From NCBI GenBank assembly GCA_040386355.1, contig JAZKFP010000056.1, forward strand, positions 50,960 to 114,959: a stretch of 64,000 nt of DNA, read 5' to 3'. Below are positions 26,783-36,490 of the stretch, piece by piece. The notes beneath the pieces were generated by a model that was not told where the DNA came from, made no database searches, and saw only the letters and a list, made by a program, of their open reading frames with translations. Position 1 is the stretch's first letter. Every line of letters starts with the position of its first letter. Made by a program: the position numbers and the translations under genes. The DNA is from Pseudomonadota bacterium (GTDB lineage: Bacteria > Pseudomonadota > Gammaproteobacteria > Pseudomonadales > UBA6940).

Positions 26783-29151
26783 TAGATAACCACCGTTTTT
26801 GCTACAGAAAGACCAGACTCGCCGGTGACTGAGTCATCAGCAGATAATTGAATTTTGTGAGTTCCAGCGGGGAGCTTATTGAGCAATAAACCATGCTCAT
26901 TTGGGTAAATATCATCAGCATGAGCGTCGTTGATATAGACCTTGAATTTAACGAGGTTCGTCATATTGTTTTCAGCGTAACGACGAACACGCAGATAGAT
27001 TCTGTTGCTGAAAGTGTGTACTGAAAATGCCCACGGATAGATGGTTTTACCTGATTGCTTAATTATCCATTCAAACCAATGCTCACCAGGTACAGCGTGA
27101 TTACGCTCCCAGTTTAAGGTGCCTGTTCCACCTGATTTCTTAGGGCCGGTATAAGTTCGCCCTACCAGCTGCTGCCTGAATGGTTCGTAATCGATAGTTT
27201 CAGCCCATGACTCTGAAGCAATAACTTCGGTAAACCCTGTGTCACCGAAAAAAGTGCCTTGTTTACCAACAGAGTGCATGACATTGCCAAAGCTCAATCC
27301 GTCTAAATCTAAGCGGCTTCCTGCGTCAATTTTGTGTGGATAAGTCCAGCCGTTTGTCAGAGGATCGTAGGAAGTAGCTGGGTACTTAACGTTTGTTTCA
27401 ACCGGTTGACGGTCATTAATTAAATAGGTTTTAGTTCCGTTAAAATTCCAAACTAAACCATCGGTTACATTAATGGGTTCATTCACAGGGAAATTTACAA
27501 AAAATAAACCTCCTGAATCCGCTGCGGATTTAAGTTCTCCAGTTGTCGGGCTTAAAGATATGTTTGATAGGATTAATTTTGAGATATCAAGCGTACCCCT
27601 TAACGTCCCAATAAATGCGGTCTTAGCGTTTTGGCTAAAACTGGCAGCGTTTAACAAGGTTCGTACTTTGTTAGAGGCAATCCGACTCAAATATCCAGGG
27701 CCGGAAATCATTGGGTACGATGTTCCACAGGTTTGAGTATCCCAACCCACTAAACCATCTACTTTTATACCGTCATAGGGTCGGTATCGCTGTCTGAACT
27801 CAAACGAATCGTTACGAAACATGGATTCATCAGTGCCGACAGCCATACAATTTGAGAAGGTAACGTCGGTTTGCCAAGTTTTAGCGGTAGGGCCAAAACC
27901 ATTAACGTTCGTGTCAGGCATTGCAAAAGAAGCAGTATCATCGCCGCCGTGCGTCCAATAATCACCAGATCCTTTTGACCCAATTTCAATACAGTTTTGT
28001 GCGGTCCATCGACGTGCGCCGTAGCAATTTAAACCACCATTCGGCCAGCCTGAAGGCACTTGCTGTTTGGTAAACAAGAAACGTCGATGCGTGATTTCTT
28101 TCGGACCTTTGTACGAACTTGCAACACTGCGAGCACCCCCTGAATACAAGCAGTTTTCAATTAAGCACTGTCGAGCAAGCGAATGATTATAAAACCCAAA
28201 TTGTCCACCTAAGCCTATAGCGCCGCAGTACTGAAAATACGTACCAACGGAGCGTCTAATTTGAAAAATAGCGGCAGAACTATTGGAGACAATCAACAAA
28301 CCTTTGACTGCAATAAAATTTTGATTTCCCCATGGAGCAAATTGAAAGGGAGTAAAGAATGCAGCGCCGCCGGTTTCCGTATCGTTGTAAAACGTTTCTT
28401 CTGCATCAAAATTTTCATCGCCATAAATTTCGCATGCAGCGACATTAGTTCGATCTTCTCCTGCGGTATTTAAATCGTGTCGATAAACAATACCGAAAGG
28501 CGTCTCAGCCATAATTGTTGTGCGTTTAGAGCAGTAGTATTTTTTACCGCCGCCGATGCCTGTATTGTCTTCGGTATAAACACCTTTTGCTGGCAATCGA
28601 TTCCCAGCGCCCGATCCATTCGGTCCAATACGCCAGTCATCGGTGGAATACGTTCCGTCTTTCATGACAACCGTGCCGCCACTAACAAGCACTTGATTTG
28701 CTGCTCTAAAGTGGGCGTATTGAAACCCTACTCCGGCTTTTAAAACTTGGGTTTTTCCAACATGAACGCGGTTGTATTTATAGATCGGAACGTCTGAAAA
28801 TTCGTTCATGACGCCGACGCCGAAATAAATAGAATCAGCGGCCATGCCAACTGGTGAAGTCCATGAAAGCGTAAGTGTTTCGCCACTTTCAGAAACTGTT
28901 AAAACCGCATCGTCTGGACCTGCAGATTTAAATGCATATCCAACACCTGCCGCTTGCACTTGAAACACAACAGAAAAAGCAGCTCCAACCGCAACTAAAG
29001 GATCTTCAGCGCTTACTAAAGTAATGACCGGCGCTTGGGTGGCCTTAAGGCTAATTCCATTAAAATACGATCCAAGCGGATCATACGTGCGTGCAAATCC
29101 ATCGCCGCCTAGGGAAAGTGTGATCGTTGCTGTGGATGGAGTTATAGCCAT
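26782..29151 (-). CDS. Large spike/fibre-like protein (789 aa)
   Basis: Largest tail-module ORF. Its composition is compatible with a beta-helix (repetitive G/N/S-rich turns). No catalytic motif identified. Confidence 0.55.
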   Translation of the reverse strand: MAITPSTATITLSLGGDGFARTYDPLGSYFNGISLKATQAPVITLVSAEDPLVAVGAAFSVVFQVQAAGVGYAFKSAGPDDAVLTVSESGETLTLSWTSPVGMAADSIYFGVGVMNEFSDVPIYKYNRVHVGKTQVLKAGVGFQYAHFRAANQVLVSGGTVVMKDGTYSTDDWRIGPNGSGAGNRLPAKGVYTEDNTGIGGGKKYYCSKRTTIMAETPFGIVYRHDLNTAGEDRTNVAACEIYGDENFDAEETFYNDTETGGAAFFTPFQFAPWGNQNFIAVKGLLIVSNSSAAIFQIRRSVGTYFQYCGAIGLGGQFGFYNHSLARQCLIENCLYSGGARSVASSYKGPKEITHRRFLFTKQQVPSGWPNGGLNCYGARRWTAQNCIEIGSKGSGDYWTHGGDDTASFAMPDTNVNGFGPTAKTWQTDVTFSNCMAVGTDESMFRNDSFEFRQRYRPYDGIKVDGLVGWDTQTCGTSYPMISGPGYLSRIASNKVRTLLNAASFSQNAKTAFIGTLRGTLDISKLILSNISLSPTTGELKSAADSGGLFFVNFPVNEPINVTDGLVWNFNGTKTYLINDRQPVETNVKYPATSYDPLTNGWTYPHKIDAGSRLDLDGLSFGNVMHSVGKQGTFFGDTGFTEVIASESWAETIDYEPFRQQLVGRTYTGPKKSGGTGTLNWERNHAVPGEHWFEWIIKQSGKTIYPWAFSVHTFSNRIYLRVRRYAENNMTNLVKFKVYINDAHADDIYPNEHGLLLNKLPAGTHKIQLSADDSVTGESGLSVAKTVVI

Positions 29152-29164
29152 TGCGCCGTCCGTT

Positions 29165-30271
29165 CTACGTTAAATTGATGGTGTAAGTGAGCGAACTCAA
29201 CGCGCTGTTTAATCGCGCAAGCAATGTTGTTTTTTCAAATCCGGTTGGTAATGCGTTGACGGCTGCGAGTGCGGCTGCATAGCCCTGAATGGTGGTTCCA
29301 CTGCCGTTTACGGTTGCTGATAAAGGATTGCTTCCGGTGTTTGGCGTGATGGTTAGAACAGCAAGAGGCGCCGCGCTTTCAACCGCAACAACGAGCGCTT
29401 CTGCGTCTAATGTCGGGCTTGCGCTGACCGTTACGTTTTGAGTACTGGTATCTGTATTTCCTTGCGAATCGGTAACTCGCTGCGTGATCGTAAAAGTGCC
29501 GGCCGTATTGAATTGGTAAGAAGTCCCCGTGGCGTAACCTGTGCCGTAGTTATATTCAGTTGTCGTAATGGGATAAGTACCGGCAACCGCTTGAGACGCA
29601 ACGCCTACGATTAAAGGTCGAGTTCCGCTGGTCGGGTTTACGGTGAAAGCAGAATCAGGGTTAACAACAGTTAGTGAGCCGACCGTAATGTTTTGGCTTG
29701 TCGTTCGAATAGCTCCGACGTCATCTTCAACATCAAGCGAAACCGAATAGGTTCCAGGATTGGTAAAGGTGTAATTAAGGCTTTGGGTAGTGCCGATCGA
29801 TAAACCATCAACGCGATAGGTGTACGCTGCGATCGTGCCGTCTGGGTCGTAACTTCCAGCACCGTTAAGAGCAACCATTAATGGAGCTGTGCCAGAGGAT
29901 GGCGTCATCGTAAAAGCTGCTACGGGACGTGCGTTAATAATCCCGCTGATGAGTCCGCTTAAATCACTTTCACCCGATGGAATTTTAATTTTGAAATTAT
30001 CAATTAATTTTTTGCCGCCACTCGTTGTTCCAGCGCCGTAAATATTTAATAAATAAAACGTGTCTTTTGTACCTTGGTCATTCGGGAAAATATTAAACGT
30101 TACTTCACCATTTGAGCCGGTTACAAATTCACGCCGCGTAGGGGTAATAAATTGCGCACCATTGTTTGTAATATCGAAATCGCTTAACTCAAGCGATACA
30201 CGCGCACCATCTTGTGGATTATTATCCTGGTCAAATACGGTTGCTGTAATAATTGCGGGCGTGAAAGCCAT
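29165..30271 (-). CDS. Protein with tandem PKD/Ig-like domains (368 aa)
   Basis: Two repeats of the type F(T/M)xxPxSGTxPLxVxxxxxxxxDPDGTI..Y.Y..G...T....YTF..PGTYxVxLxVxD, matching the PKD-domain pattern. Confidence 0.65.
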   Translation of the reverse strand: MAFTPAIITATVFDQDNNPQDGARVSLELSDFDITNNGAQFITPTRREFVTGSNGEVTFNIFPNDQGTKDTFYLLNIYGAGTTSGGKKLIDNFKIKIPSGESDLSGLISGIINARPVAAFTMTPSSGTAPLMVALNGAGSYDPDGTIAAYTYRVDGLSIGTTQSLNYTFTNPGTYSVSLDVEDDVGAIRTTSQNITVGSLTVVNPDSAFTVNPTSGTRPLIVGVASQAVAGTYPITTTEYNYGTGYATGTSYQFNTAGTFTITQRVTDSQGNTDTSTQNVTVSASPTLDAEALVVAVESAAPLAVLTITPNTGSNPLSATVNGSGTTIQGYAAALAAVNALPTGFEKTTLLARLNSALSSLTYTINLT

Positions 30272-30913
30272 TTATCGAAGTCCTCTTAATTTGACACGCA
30301 ACCCACCGCCAGCGCCTTGACGAATTGCGTCAATTTTTGCCGTGGTTAAATCGCTAAAATATTTGCGCTTATTTTCTTGCCATGCGTCGGACGACCATTC
30401 TTTTCCAGGTATTTTTTGTAATTCGCCAATCGTGCCTTTTTCAATCGTTGGTAAATGCTGAATTAATAAAAATTCAGGCACTTCACGCGCTTTTAAATCA
30501 GGTTTTAAAATTAACGTTGCGGTGAGTGATTGAACTTCGTTCGTCGTAGGAATTGGATAAAGCGCAATTAAATTGTCTTCATCCATGTAGAAGTGCGTCG
30601 GCTCTTTTGCGGTTTTTGTACGCCAATCGCTGTACTGCGCATCAAATTCTGATTGATTTAATTTGCTTAATGTTTTGCCTTTGTATTTCACGTTTTCAGG
30701 AAAACAAAGACGCGCTCGATAAGGCACTTCAACCGGATATAATTTGACAGTTGCGTAGGTTGTGAGCGGGATCATTTGCTCTTGCCAAATATTCGTTTTT
30801 TCGCACAGATCAATCATGACTTTCATGAGCTGCAAATAAATTAATTCCAACGGACAGCCAGGCACGTGCGATAAAACAGAAGATTCAAAATCATCCAAGG
30901 TGGTGTATTTCAT
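30272..30913 (-). CDS. Structural-module protein (213 aa)
   Basis: Track ORF, coupled to neighbours. It shares a loose (L/V)YP(I/P)P-type core with ORF 35454-36092. Confidence 0.6.
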   Translation of the reverse strand: MKYTTLDDFESSVLSHVPGCPLELIYLQLMKVMIDLCEKTNIWQEQMIPLTTYATVKLYPVEVPYRARLCFPENVKYKGKTLSKLNQSEFDAQYSDWRTKTAKEPTHFYMDEDNLIALYPIPTTNEVQSLTATLILKPDLKAREVPEFLLIQHLPTIEKGTIGELQKIPGKEWSSDAWQENKRKYFSDLTTAKIDAIRQGAGGGLRVKLRGLR

Positions 30914-31485
30914 TCGTCACCTCGAATTTTTGTGCGTTCATCAATTCGAGCAACGGTTTTTGCCATTTCTTGAACGCTTTCACTCACTTTATAAATAGCG
31001 TTCATTGTTTCTTTATTGCCTTCTTTCAAAATCGATTCAATTCCATTTACCCGAATATCCAAACGTAATAATTCTTTATTACTGTTTTCAGCCACTAAAT
31101 TATGAAAGCTTGAAATTCCCGTAAATTGAGCCGTTAAAGAATTCACATTAATGCTTAAATCATCTATTGATTTGGCTTTAATTCGGCATTCTTCTGAGTA
31201 CGTCGCAACTTTCACAGCGTCACGCAATTGTTTTTGACGTAAATCTTCAATTTCGCGTGTTTTAAGATCGCCCACGTCCTGAATTTTTTCAGTCAATTCA
31301 TTTTTTAATAAATCAATTGCTTTAATGAAATTCTTTTGTGTATCTTCCATTTCTTTTTTGCGATTCAACAAAAACATACGCCCCAAAAAAAACGCCAGGA
31401 TCAAACTCAAAACAAAAAGGAATTTAGTAAAGCCCTCAGGGTCAAAAAGGATTAAGAATAAATGTCGTAAATCATCAAATCCCAC
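30910..31485 (-). CDS. N-terminally membrane-anchored coiled-coil protein (191 aa)
   Basis: One TM helix (FLFVLSLILAFFLGRMFLL) followed by a long coiled coil. An unusual type of gene inside a tail module. Confidence 0.6.
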   Translation of the reverse strand: MGFDDLRHLFLILFDPEGFTKFLFVLSLILAFFLGRMFLLNRKKEMEDTQKNFIKAIDLLKNELTEKIQDVGDLKTREIEDLRQKQLRDAVKVATYSEECRIKAKSIDDLSINVNSLTAQFTGISSFHNLVAENSNKELLRLDIRVNGIESILKEGNKETMNAIYKVSESVQEMAKTVARIDERTKIRGDE

Positions 31486-31508
31486 AGCTTTAACCCTTTA
31501 ACTTTTAA

Positions 31509-31793
31509 TTATTTAGCAACTAAAACAGTGATGGTTCCTTCAGCAATATCTACAGCGCCGCCAGTGGTGTTCTGCGCAATTACTGAAGCAATACCAGTTG
31601 CGGTAATTACAGGCGTTAAAAACGTACAACCGCCCATAGAAACGTTCATAGAAACTCCAACAACAACGTCGCCAACTTTTGCTCCAATAACCGGAACTTC
31701 AGCTGCGGCTGAAACTGCGCCCGCTGCAATGGATGCGAAATTGTGTAATTTGGTACCGCGAACTGCGTGTAAAGTGTCTTCGTAACGTGCCAT
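31509..31793 (-). CDS. Small Gly/Ala/Val-rich protein (94 aa)
   Basis: Strong RBS (AAGAGGAAATAAAAAATG). Preferred over the antisense track ORF 31528-31785. Confidence 0.65.
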   Translation of the reverse strand: MARYEDTLHAVRGTKLHNFASIAAGAVSAAAEVPVIGAKVGDVVVGVSMNVSMGGCTFLTPVITATGIASVIAQNTTGGAVDIAEGTITVLVAK

Positions 31794-31819
31794 TTTTTAT
31801 TTCCTCTTAATTAAAAAAA

Positions 31820-33898
31820 TTATGAATAAACCCAGACGTACAAAGTCGCCTCGGCAAGATCAATGGGTGATGCTGTTTTATTTTCTGCGTAAATAGTTGC
31901 TGTACTGGTTGATGTAATTTCGACGTAGAATTGAATTCCACCTGTTACAATGGACATGCGCGCTTCGCCTCGATCGCCAATAGCAGCACCCGAAACAGCA
32001 AGCGTTGTGGTTGCAATTGCGCCTGACTCAATTGACCCCCAATTAAAAGTTTTTGAATTAAAAAGAGGAGTTAATGAGACCCAACCAGTAAGCGTGCCTT
32101 TTGCGGATTCTTTGAGGTAAGCAGCCGAACCTTTAACAGCATTTTTTCGATGTGCAATGGTCCCAGGCTCGCCATCAACTGCGCCTTCAGGATTTCCACC
32201 GATTGCTAAAAATCGAATGCCGTTTGAATGATAAGAAGGGGAACCTGATGATTTAGTTGGAATGATTATTCCAATGGCAGAATCGGTTAATGTGGTACTT
32301 TCAAAGCCGTTGACATAAATATTTGTAGCGCTTCGTTTTTGTAAATTAATGAGCGTCGATTTCATTTCACCGGCGACATTAATTAAATTCGTAATGCCGT
32401 TACTTCCCGTAAATGGGCCAGAAATGTTTTTAGCACTAATTAATGCGTTATTACCCGCAATTAATAATCCATCGACAGAACCTTCCATGTGAAGGCCGTC
32501 AATATCTAATTGCGTTGATTCAACTTTTACACACGCTTCTGCCCAAGCTGTTGTAAATCCAATAACGGTTGCATTGCGAAGAATATTTTTACCGCCCGTT
32601 GTGGAAATAAAAATACCTTGCGTCGCGGTTGAACCTAATTTTTTATAAACCTCAACTGTGTCGATAATTAAATTCGAATTTCCACCGCCATCAAAAACAA
32701 TTCCCTTATTTGAGCAGTTCGCAATTAATGAATCAAATACGCCGCAGCCTTCTTGCACGTATTTACCGCGAACGGCAATCATATCGAAGCCGTCCATATC
32801 GACTTTTACATTTCGAATGTAATTATCGAAACCGTAACCCGCTGCGCTATTGCCGCCTAATTGAATAAAATGATCACCAGAAAAACCCGCGAAAGGGGCT
32901 AAAATTGAACTTCGCGCGCCTGCGCCAACTAATGCAAAACGTTTATTAAATTCAATCCAGGTTGTACCGCCAAATAAATATTTACCTTGATCTAATAATA
33001 ATTGACCGCCTTTTCCGTCTTGATCAATTCCCGATAATTCACCGATCGCGTCTTCCATTTGATTGCGAAGATTTTGGGTCGTGTTTGGAATAATTCCGAA
33101 AACTTTGGCAACGTCAATTTTTGGAGCGCCACCATTTGTAGCGTTGACGTGTTCGTATATTTTAGTGATTGTTGTGCGTAATTTTCCGCTACGACTAATC
33201 GGTACAATATCGGTACCTAATAAATCAGTAGCTTCTGAATGTGTGGCGTAATTCAAAGCACCATTGACGTAAGTTGCGACACCGGCAAGCGTTGATCTTT
33301 TTTTACCAGTTTGATCAAGTGGAATTACTTCGGTACCCGTTAATGCGCCAGCAACACCAAACGTTGTGAAATTTAATGCGTTATTTACGTAATTAGAAAT
33401 AGTGCCTAACGTTGATTTTTTCTTTCCAGCTTGATCCAGCGGAACTACTTCACTACCTGTTAATGTTGCAGCAGTAGATAACGCTGAAAAATTAAATGCA
33501 TTATTAACAAAGGCGGCGATTGTATTTAATGGAGACCGTTTCGATCCGGTTTGATCCAACGGCATTGATTCCGCGCCGGTTAATGTTGCAGCGGCTGCAA
33601 AATTAGAAAAATTAAGATTGTTTTCAACATCCGTTGCAATAGCGGTTAAATCTAAATTTGATTGAACCTGCGTTGTTAATGCGGGAATATCGAGTTCTGC
33701 TTGTATGTCAGCAGTAAGAGCGGGAATATCTAAAGAACTTGTAACTTGTGCAGAAATTACAGGAATATTGAGATTTGCTTGAACGGTTTGAGTCAGTTCA
33801 TCAAGATCAATTGTTTCGCCGCCGACAGGTTCGCCGGCTCGATTAACAATCGAATCTACGGTTAATATTCCGACGTGTAGTTTTTCAAATAACGCCAC
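31820..33898 (-). CDS. Tailspike-like protein with N-terminal tandem repeats and C-terminal beta-helix-like region (692 aa)
   Basis: Four 13-aa and four 40-aa tandem repeats at the N-terminus. The C-terminal half is rich in short G/N/I/V repeats typical of right-handed beta-helix spikes. Confidence 0.65.
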   Translation of the reverse strand: MALFEKLHVGILTVDSIVNRAGEPVGGETIDLDELTQTVQANLNIPVISAQVTSSLDIPALTADIQAELDIPALTTQVQSNLDLTAIATDVENNLNFSNFAAAATLTGAESMPLDQTGSKRSPLNTIAAFVNNAFNFSALSTAATLTGSEVVPLDQAGKKKSTLGTISNYVNNALNFTTFGVAGALTGTEVIPLDQTGKKRSTLAGVATYVNGALNYATHSEATDLLGTDIVPISRSGKLRTTITKIYEHVNATNGGAPKIDVAKVFGIIPNTTQNLRNQMEDAIGELSGIDQDGKGGQLLLDQGKYLFGGTTWIEFNKRFALVGAGARSSILAPFAGFSGDHFIQLGGNSAAGYGFDNYIRNVKVDMDGFDMIAVRGKYVQEGCGVFDSLIANCSNKGIVFDGGGNSNLIIDTVEVYKKLGSTATQGIFISTTGGKNILRNATVIGFTTAWAEACVKVESTQLDIDGLHMEGSVDGLLIAGNNALISAKNISGPFTGSNGITNLINVAGEMKSTLINLQKRSATNIYVNGFESTTLTDSAIGIIIPTKSSGSPSYHSNGIRFLAIGGNPEGAVDGEPGTIAHRKNAVKGSAAYLKESAKGTLTGWVSLTPLFNSKTFNWGSIESGAIATTTLAVSGAAIGDRGEARMSIVTGGIQFYVEITSTSTATIYAENKTASPIDLAEATLYVWVYS
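33134..33613 (-). repeat. 4 x 120-bp (40-aa) tandem repeats inside the tailspike-like gene
   Basis: The four units are:
- NFSNFAAAATLTGAESMPLDQTGSKRSPLNTIAAFVNNAF
- NFSALSTAATLTGSEVVPLDQAGKKKSTLGTISNYVNNAL
- NFTTFGVAGALTGTEVIPLDQTGKKRSTLAGVATYVNGAL
- NYATHSEATDLLGTDIVPISRSGKLRTTITKIYEHVNATN. Confidence 0.85.
33614..33769 (-). repeat. 4 x 39-bp (13-aa) tandem repeats inside the tailspike-like gene
   Basis: NIPVISAQVTSSL / DIPALTADIQAEL / DIPALTTQVQSNL / DLTAIATDVENNL. Confidence 0.8.
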
Positions 33899-34033
33899 AA
33901 ATTCCCCAGAAATTTCCAGACAATTTAAGGCGGTTTAAATGCGCTTAAATCATCGTTAACTTTTCTGGGAAAGCAGCGAGCAAAGTCGTGTTGCTAAAGT
34001 GTCCAGGCGTTGTTAAATCAATTTAATTCATTA

Positions 34034-34062
34034 ATAGTGCTGTGCAAAAAATTACTTGTCAA
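34034..34062 (-). promoter_or_regulatory. Possible internal promoter in the 185-nt gap upstream of the tailspike-like gene
   Basis: Minus strand: TTGACA (34062-34057), a 17-nt spacer, then CACTAT (34039-34034). This is the only sizeable non-coding gap in the tail module. Confidence 0.4.
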
Positions 34063-34083
34063 ACCGGATTTCAATTATTAATT

Positions 34084-35181
34084 TTATGGTGTTGGAGCTG
34101 CTGTTTTATACGGATGCGCAACATCTAACAGTGAAGTTAATCCGCTTCGATGCGCTAAATATCCCTCAATTTTTTCTATTACAGAATCGGCAATATCAGA
34201 GCTTGCGGTAAAAAATAAAAAATCACCAATATCACCTAAAAATGGATCAGCCGCTTGACGCCCGCCAATACTTACCGCAAGCGATGCTAAATTTTCAGAA
34301 TTTCCCGTTGTTAAAAATGCGCCGTCTGCAATTTCAGAAACGCCATTAATACGCGCAAAAGAATTTGCAGAGGCCCATTCAATCCCAGCTACACAGATAA
34401 AACTGGTGCCGTTTTTATTATTCGTCCCTGTCCTACTCGTTAAAGTATCAGCGTCTAAACGCCGTCCTGTTAATTGCAATATTCCGCCAGTTGTTAATCG
34501 TAAAACAAAACGACTAGAACCTGCGCCGCCATTTGTCGATAAATGAATAATACTGCGTACTGCCGCAGTTGAATCGGGTTTAACTACGGTTGCAACATAT
34601 AATCGTGGTTTGTTTTGCGCTAATGAAGAATTGGTTCGTTGTACATGATCTGTCGAATAAGTAACGGCGTTAGTGTTTCCAACTATTGCACCGGTCGTAG
34701 GTTTTGAACCTTCTGTTGCTTGCGTAAAATGTCGAGAATTTCCTGATTTATCACTGATCTGACTTACCGCGTTTGCAACATGCGTAATATTGGATGTGTC
34801 AACGGTATCAATCCACGCTTGCAAATCCGTGCTTAAATCGGTGGGCATCCAATAATGCAATGTATTACTTGTTGCAGCGCTGGAGGTTCCAGCAATATTT
34901 ACAGCTCTTACATCACAGGTTTTCGGCAAACCTTCTGTAGCGGCTGTTCCAATAAAAGTCGAATTTGTAGCGCCAGAAATATCAACGCCGCTTGCTTTCC
35001 ATTGATACGTATAGCTTGAGGGTGATTCAGTCCAAGAGCCTGTAGTGCAAGTTAAGATTTGATTTAAATAATCAATTCCAGAAATTACAGGCGCGCCCGT
35101 ATTCGCGGAAATACCTGGATAGCCGTTTAATTGCGCTAACGAGCTTAGATTCGAATAACCGTATCGGTAGCTGTAAGACAT
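34084..35181 (-). CDS. Ig-like + LamG/concanavalin-like lectin-fold protein (365 aa)
   Basis: The segment ILTCTTGSWTESPSSYTYQWKASGVDISGATNSTF...CDVRAVNIAGTSSA is a widespread Ig-like repeat type. The C-terminal part (..SIIHLSTNGGAGSSRFVLRLTTGG..FLGDIGDFLFF..) fits the LamG-type jelly roll. Confidence 0.6.
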   Translation of the reverse strand: MSYSYRYGYSNLSSLAQLNGYPGISANTGAPVISGIDYLNQILTCTTGSWTESPSSYTYQWKASGVDISGATNSTFIGTAATEGLPKTCDVRAVNIAGTSSAATSNTLHYWMPTDLSTDLQAWIDTVDTSNITHVANAVSQISDKSGNSRHFTQATEGSKPTTGAIVGNTNAVTYSTDHVQRTNSSLAQNKPRLYVATVVKPDSTAAVRSIIHLSTNGGAGSSRFVLRLTTGGILQLTGRRLDADTLTSRTGTNNKNGTSFICVAGIEWASANSFARINGVSEIADGAFLTTGNSENLASLAVSIGGRQAADPFLGDIGDFLFFTASSDIADSVIEKIEGYLAHRSGLTSLLDVAHPYKTAAPTP

Positions 35182-35447
35182 TAATAAAACGCCTTGATGC
35201 CGGTAACATCGGTTGATGTTGCTCGAATGCGCTTAAAGTGATGCGAAATTTTCTCGCCTTCTAACAGCACGATGGTTTTCGCTGTACCGTTGTTATCGTC
35301 ATAAACCAGAGTTCCAGCTGTCGTAACTCGAATCCATGACGGAACATGCGGCAAATCGACCGTATCGCTTGGCACTACATCGTAACTGTTCATTGTAGAG
35401 TTAGATCGATGACTAGCATTTGCTTCAATTTGATTTTGATAACTCAT
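35181..35447 (-). CDS. Hypothetical head/neck-module protein (88 aa)
   Basis: Track ORF, start/stop coupled. Confidence 0.65.
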   Translation of the reverse strand: MSYQNQIEANASHRSNSTMNSYDVVPSDTVDLPHVPSWIRVTTAGTLVYDDNNGTAKTIVLLEGEKISHHFKRIRATSTDVTGIKAFY

Positions 35448-35453
35448 TATTAA

Positions 35454-36092
35454 TTACCTTTGATCTGTTTTGTTTTTAATGGAGATGCCCTGATCGGATT
35501 GTATTTTTAATCCCATTAAGTTTTGAAAATTTGCCAGATGATTCATGGCGCGTTGTGGATTTGGCGTGTTATCGCCATCTCGTGAAAATAATCGATACAA
35601 CGCATACTCAATGACGTGCGGTTTGTAAATGTCATTAATTATTAAATTAGGATTTGTATTAAAATCATAAATCGGTTGATTTTTTGAAGCATGCACTTCA
35701 ATTTCAACACCCGCTTTTGCAGGCGGATAAACAAAAAATTCAAGTGGCGCACGATCATCAAACATTACTTCTTTAATCACGGCGCTTGCTGCGATCGTTA
35801 CCCAATTAGGGTTGGCAGCGTCTAATGATTCGCGTTGAACTAAACGAATGGCGCGGCCATTTTTATTGCGTGGAATGCCTAAAATTCGATTATAGGTTGA
35901 TGCGATTTTTTGCGCGACGCCGGAAACACAAATATAATTTTGAACTTCTAAAGATGCGTCAGGACGTAGCGCAACAATTGCCACTTCAGCTTCAGTAATT
36001 GCATTCTGTAAATTATCTGTTGAATAGACAAGATGATCATCTAAATCGTCAAGAACAGTCGCAACTAATGTTTCTAGCAATGAAAATCGCAT
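35454..36092 (-). CDS. Head-tail connector-region protein (212 aa), function inferred from position
   Basis: Lies between the capsid gene and the tail genes. No motif. Confidence 0.55.
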   Translation of the reverse strand: MRFSLLETLVATVLDDLDDHLVYSTDNLQNAITEAEVAIVALRPDASLEVQNYICVSGVAQKIASTYNRILGIPRNKNGRAIRLVQRESLDAANPNWVTIAASAVIKEVMFDDRAPLEFFVYPPAKAGVEIEVHASKNQPIYDFNTNPNLIINDIYKPHVIEYALYRLFSRDGDNTPNPQRAMNHLANFQNLMGLKIQSDQGISIKNKTDQR

Positions 36093-36096
36093 TTAA

Positions 36097-36477
36097 TTAT
36101 TCAGCCTCTTCTTCATCATTTAAAGCGTCGACACGATTAGGATCGTAAATGCCTTTTAATTTGTTTAAATGATCCTGTAGAGCCACTCGAAGCGCTCCAA
36201 CCTTGTCTTTTTGGCTGTACTGAAAGCCTTCTAATCCATCAGCAATAGACTTAAGGTCTAATAAATTAAGTTTTGAAATATCAATGAATGGGTCAAAACC
36301 CTCTGGAATTAAGAAATTTTCCTCAACTTTTACCGCTTTTTTGCTAGTTTTTTCAAAAGTTGCTAAATAATCTTTCTCTTCTGCTTTTGTTACACTGCGT
36401 AAATTTCTTTTTTTAGATAAAATCTTGGTCCACTCAAAAATAAGACCTGTTTTTTCGTTAATTAAATAGCCTGACAT
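36097..36477 (-). CDS. Hypothetical protein (126 aa) downstream of the capsid gene
   Basis: Track ORF. Follows the capsid terminator. Confidence 0.6.
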   Translation of the reverse strand: MSGYLINEKTGLIFEWTKILSKKRNLRSVTKAEEKDYLATFEKTSKKAVKVEENFLIPEGFDPFIDISKLNLLDLKSIADGLEGFQYSQKDKVGALRVALQDHLNKLKGIYDPNRVDALNDEEEAE

Positions 36478-36490
36478 GTAAAACCCCTAT

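Noticed and set aside
30272-36092. Calling ORFs 30272-30913 and 35454-36092 paralogous head-tail adaptors
   Set aside because: They are of similar size and share a loose (L/V)YP(I/P)P-type core, but I cannot align them convincingly by eye. Left as position-based structural proteins.
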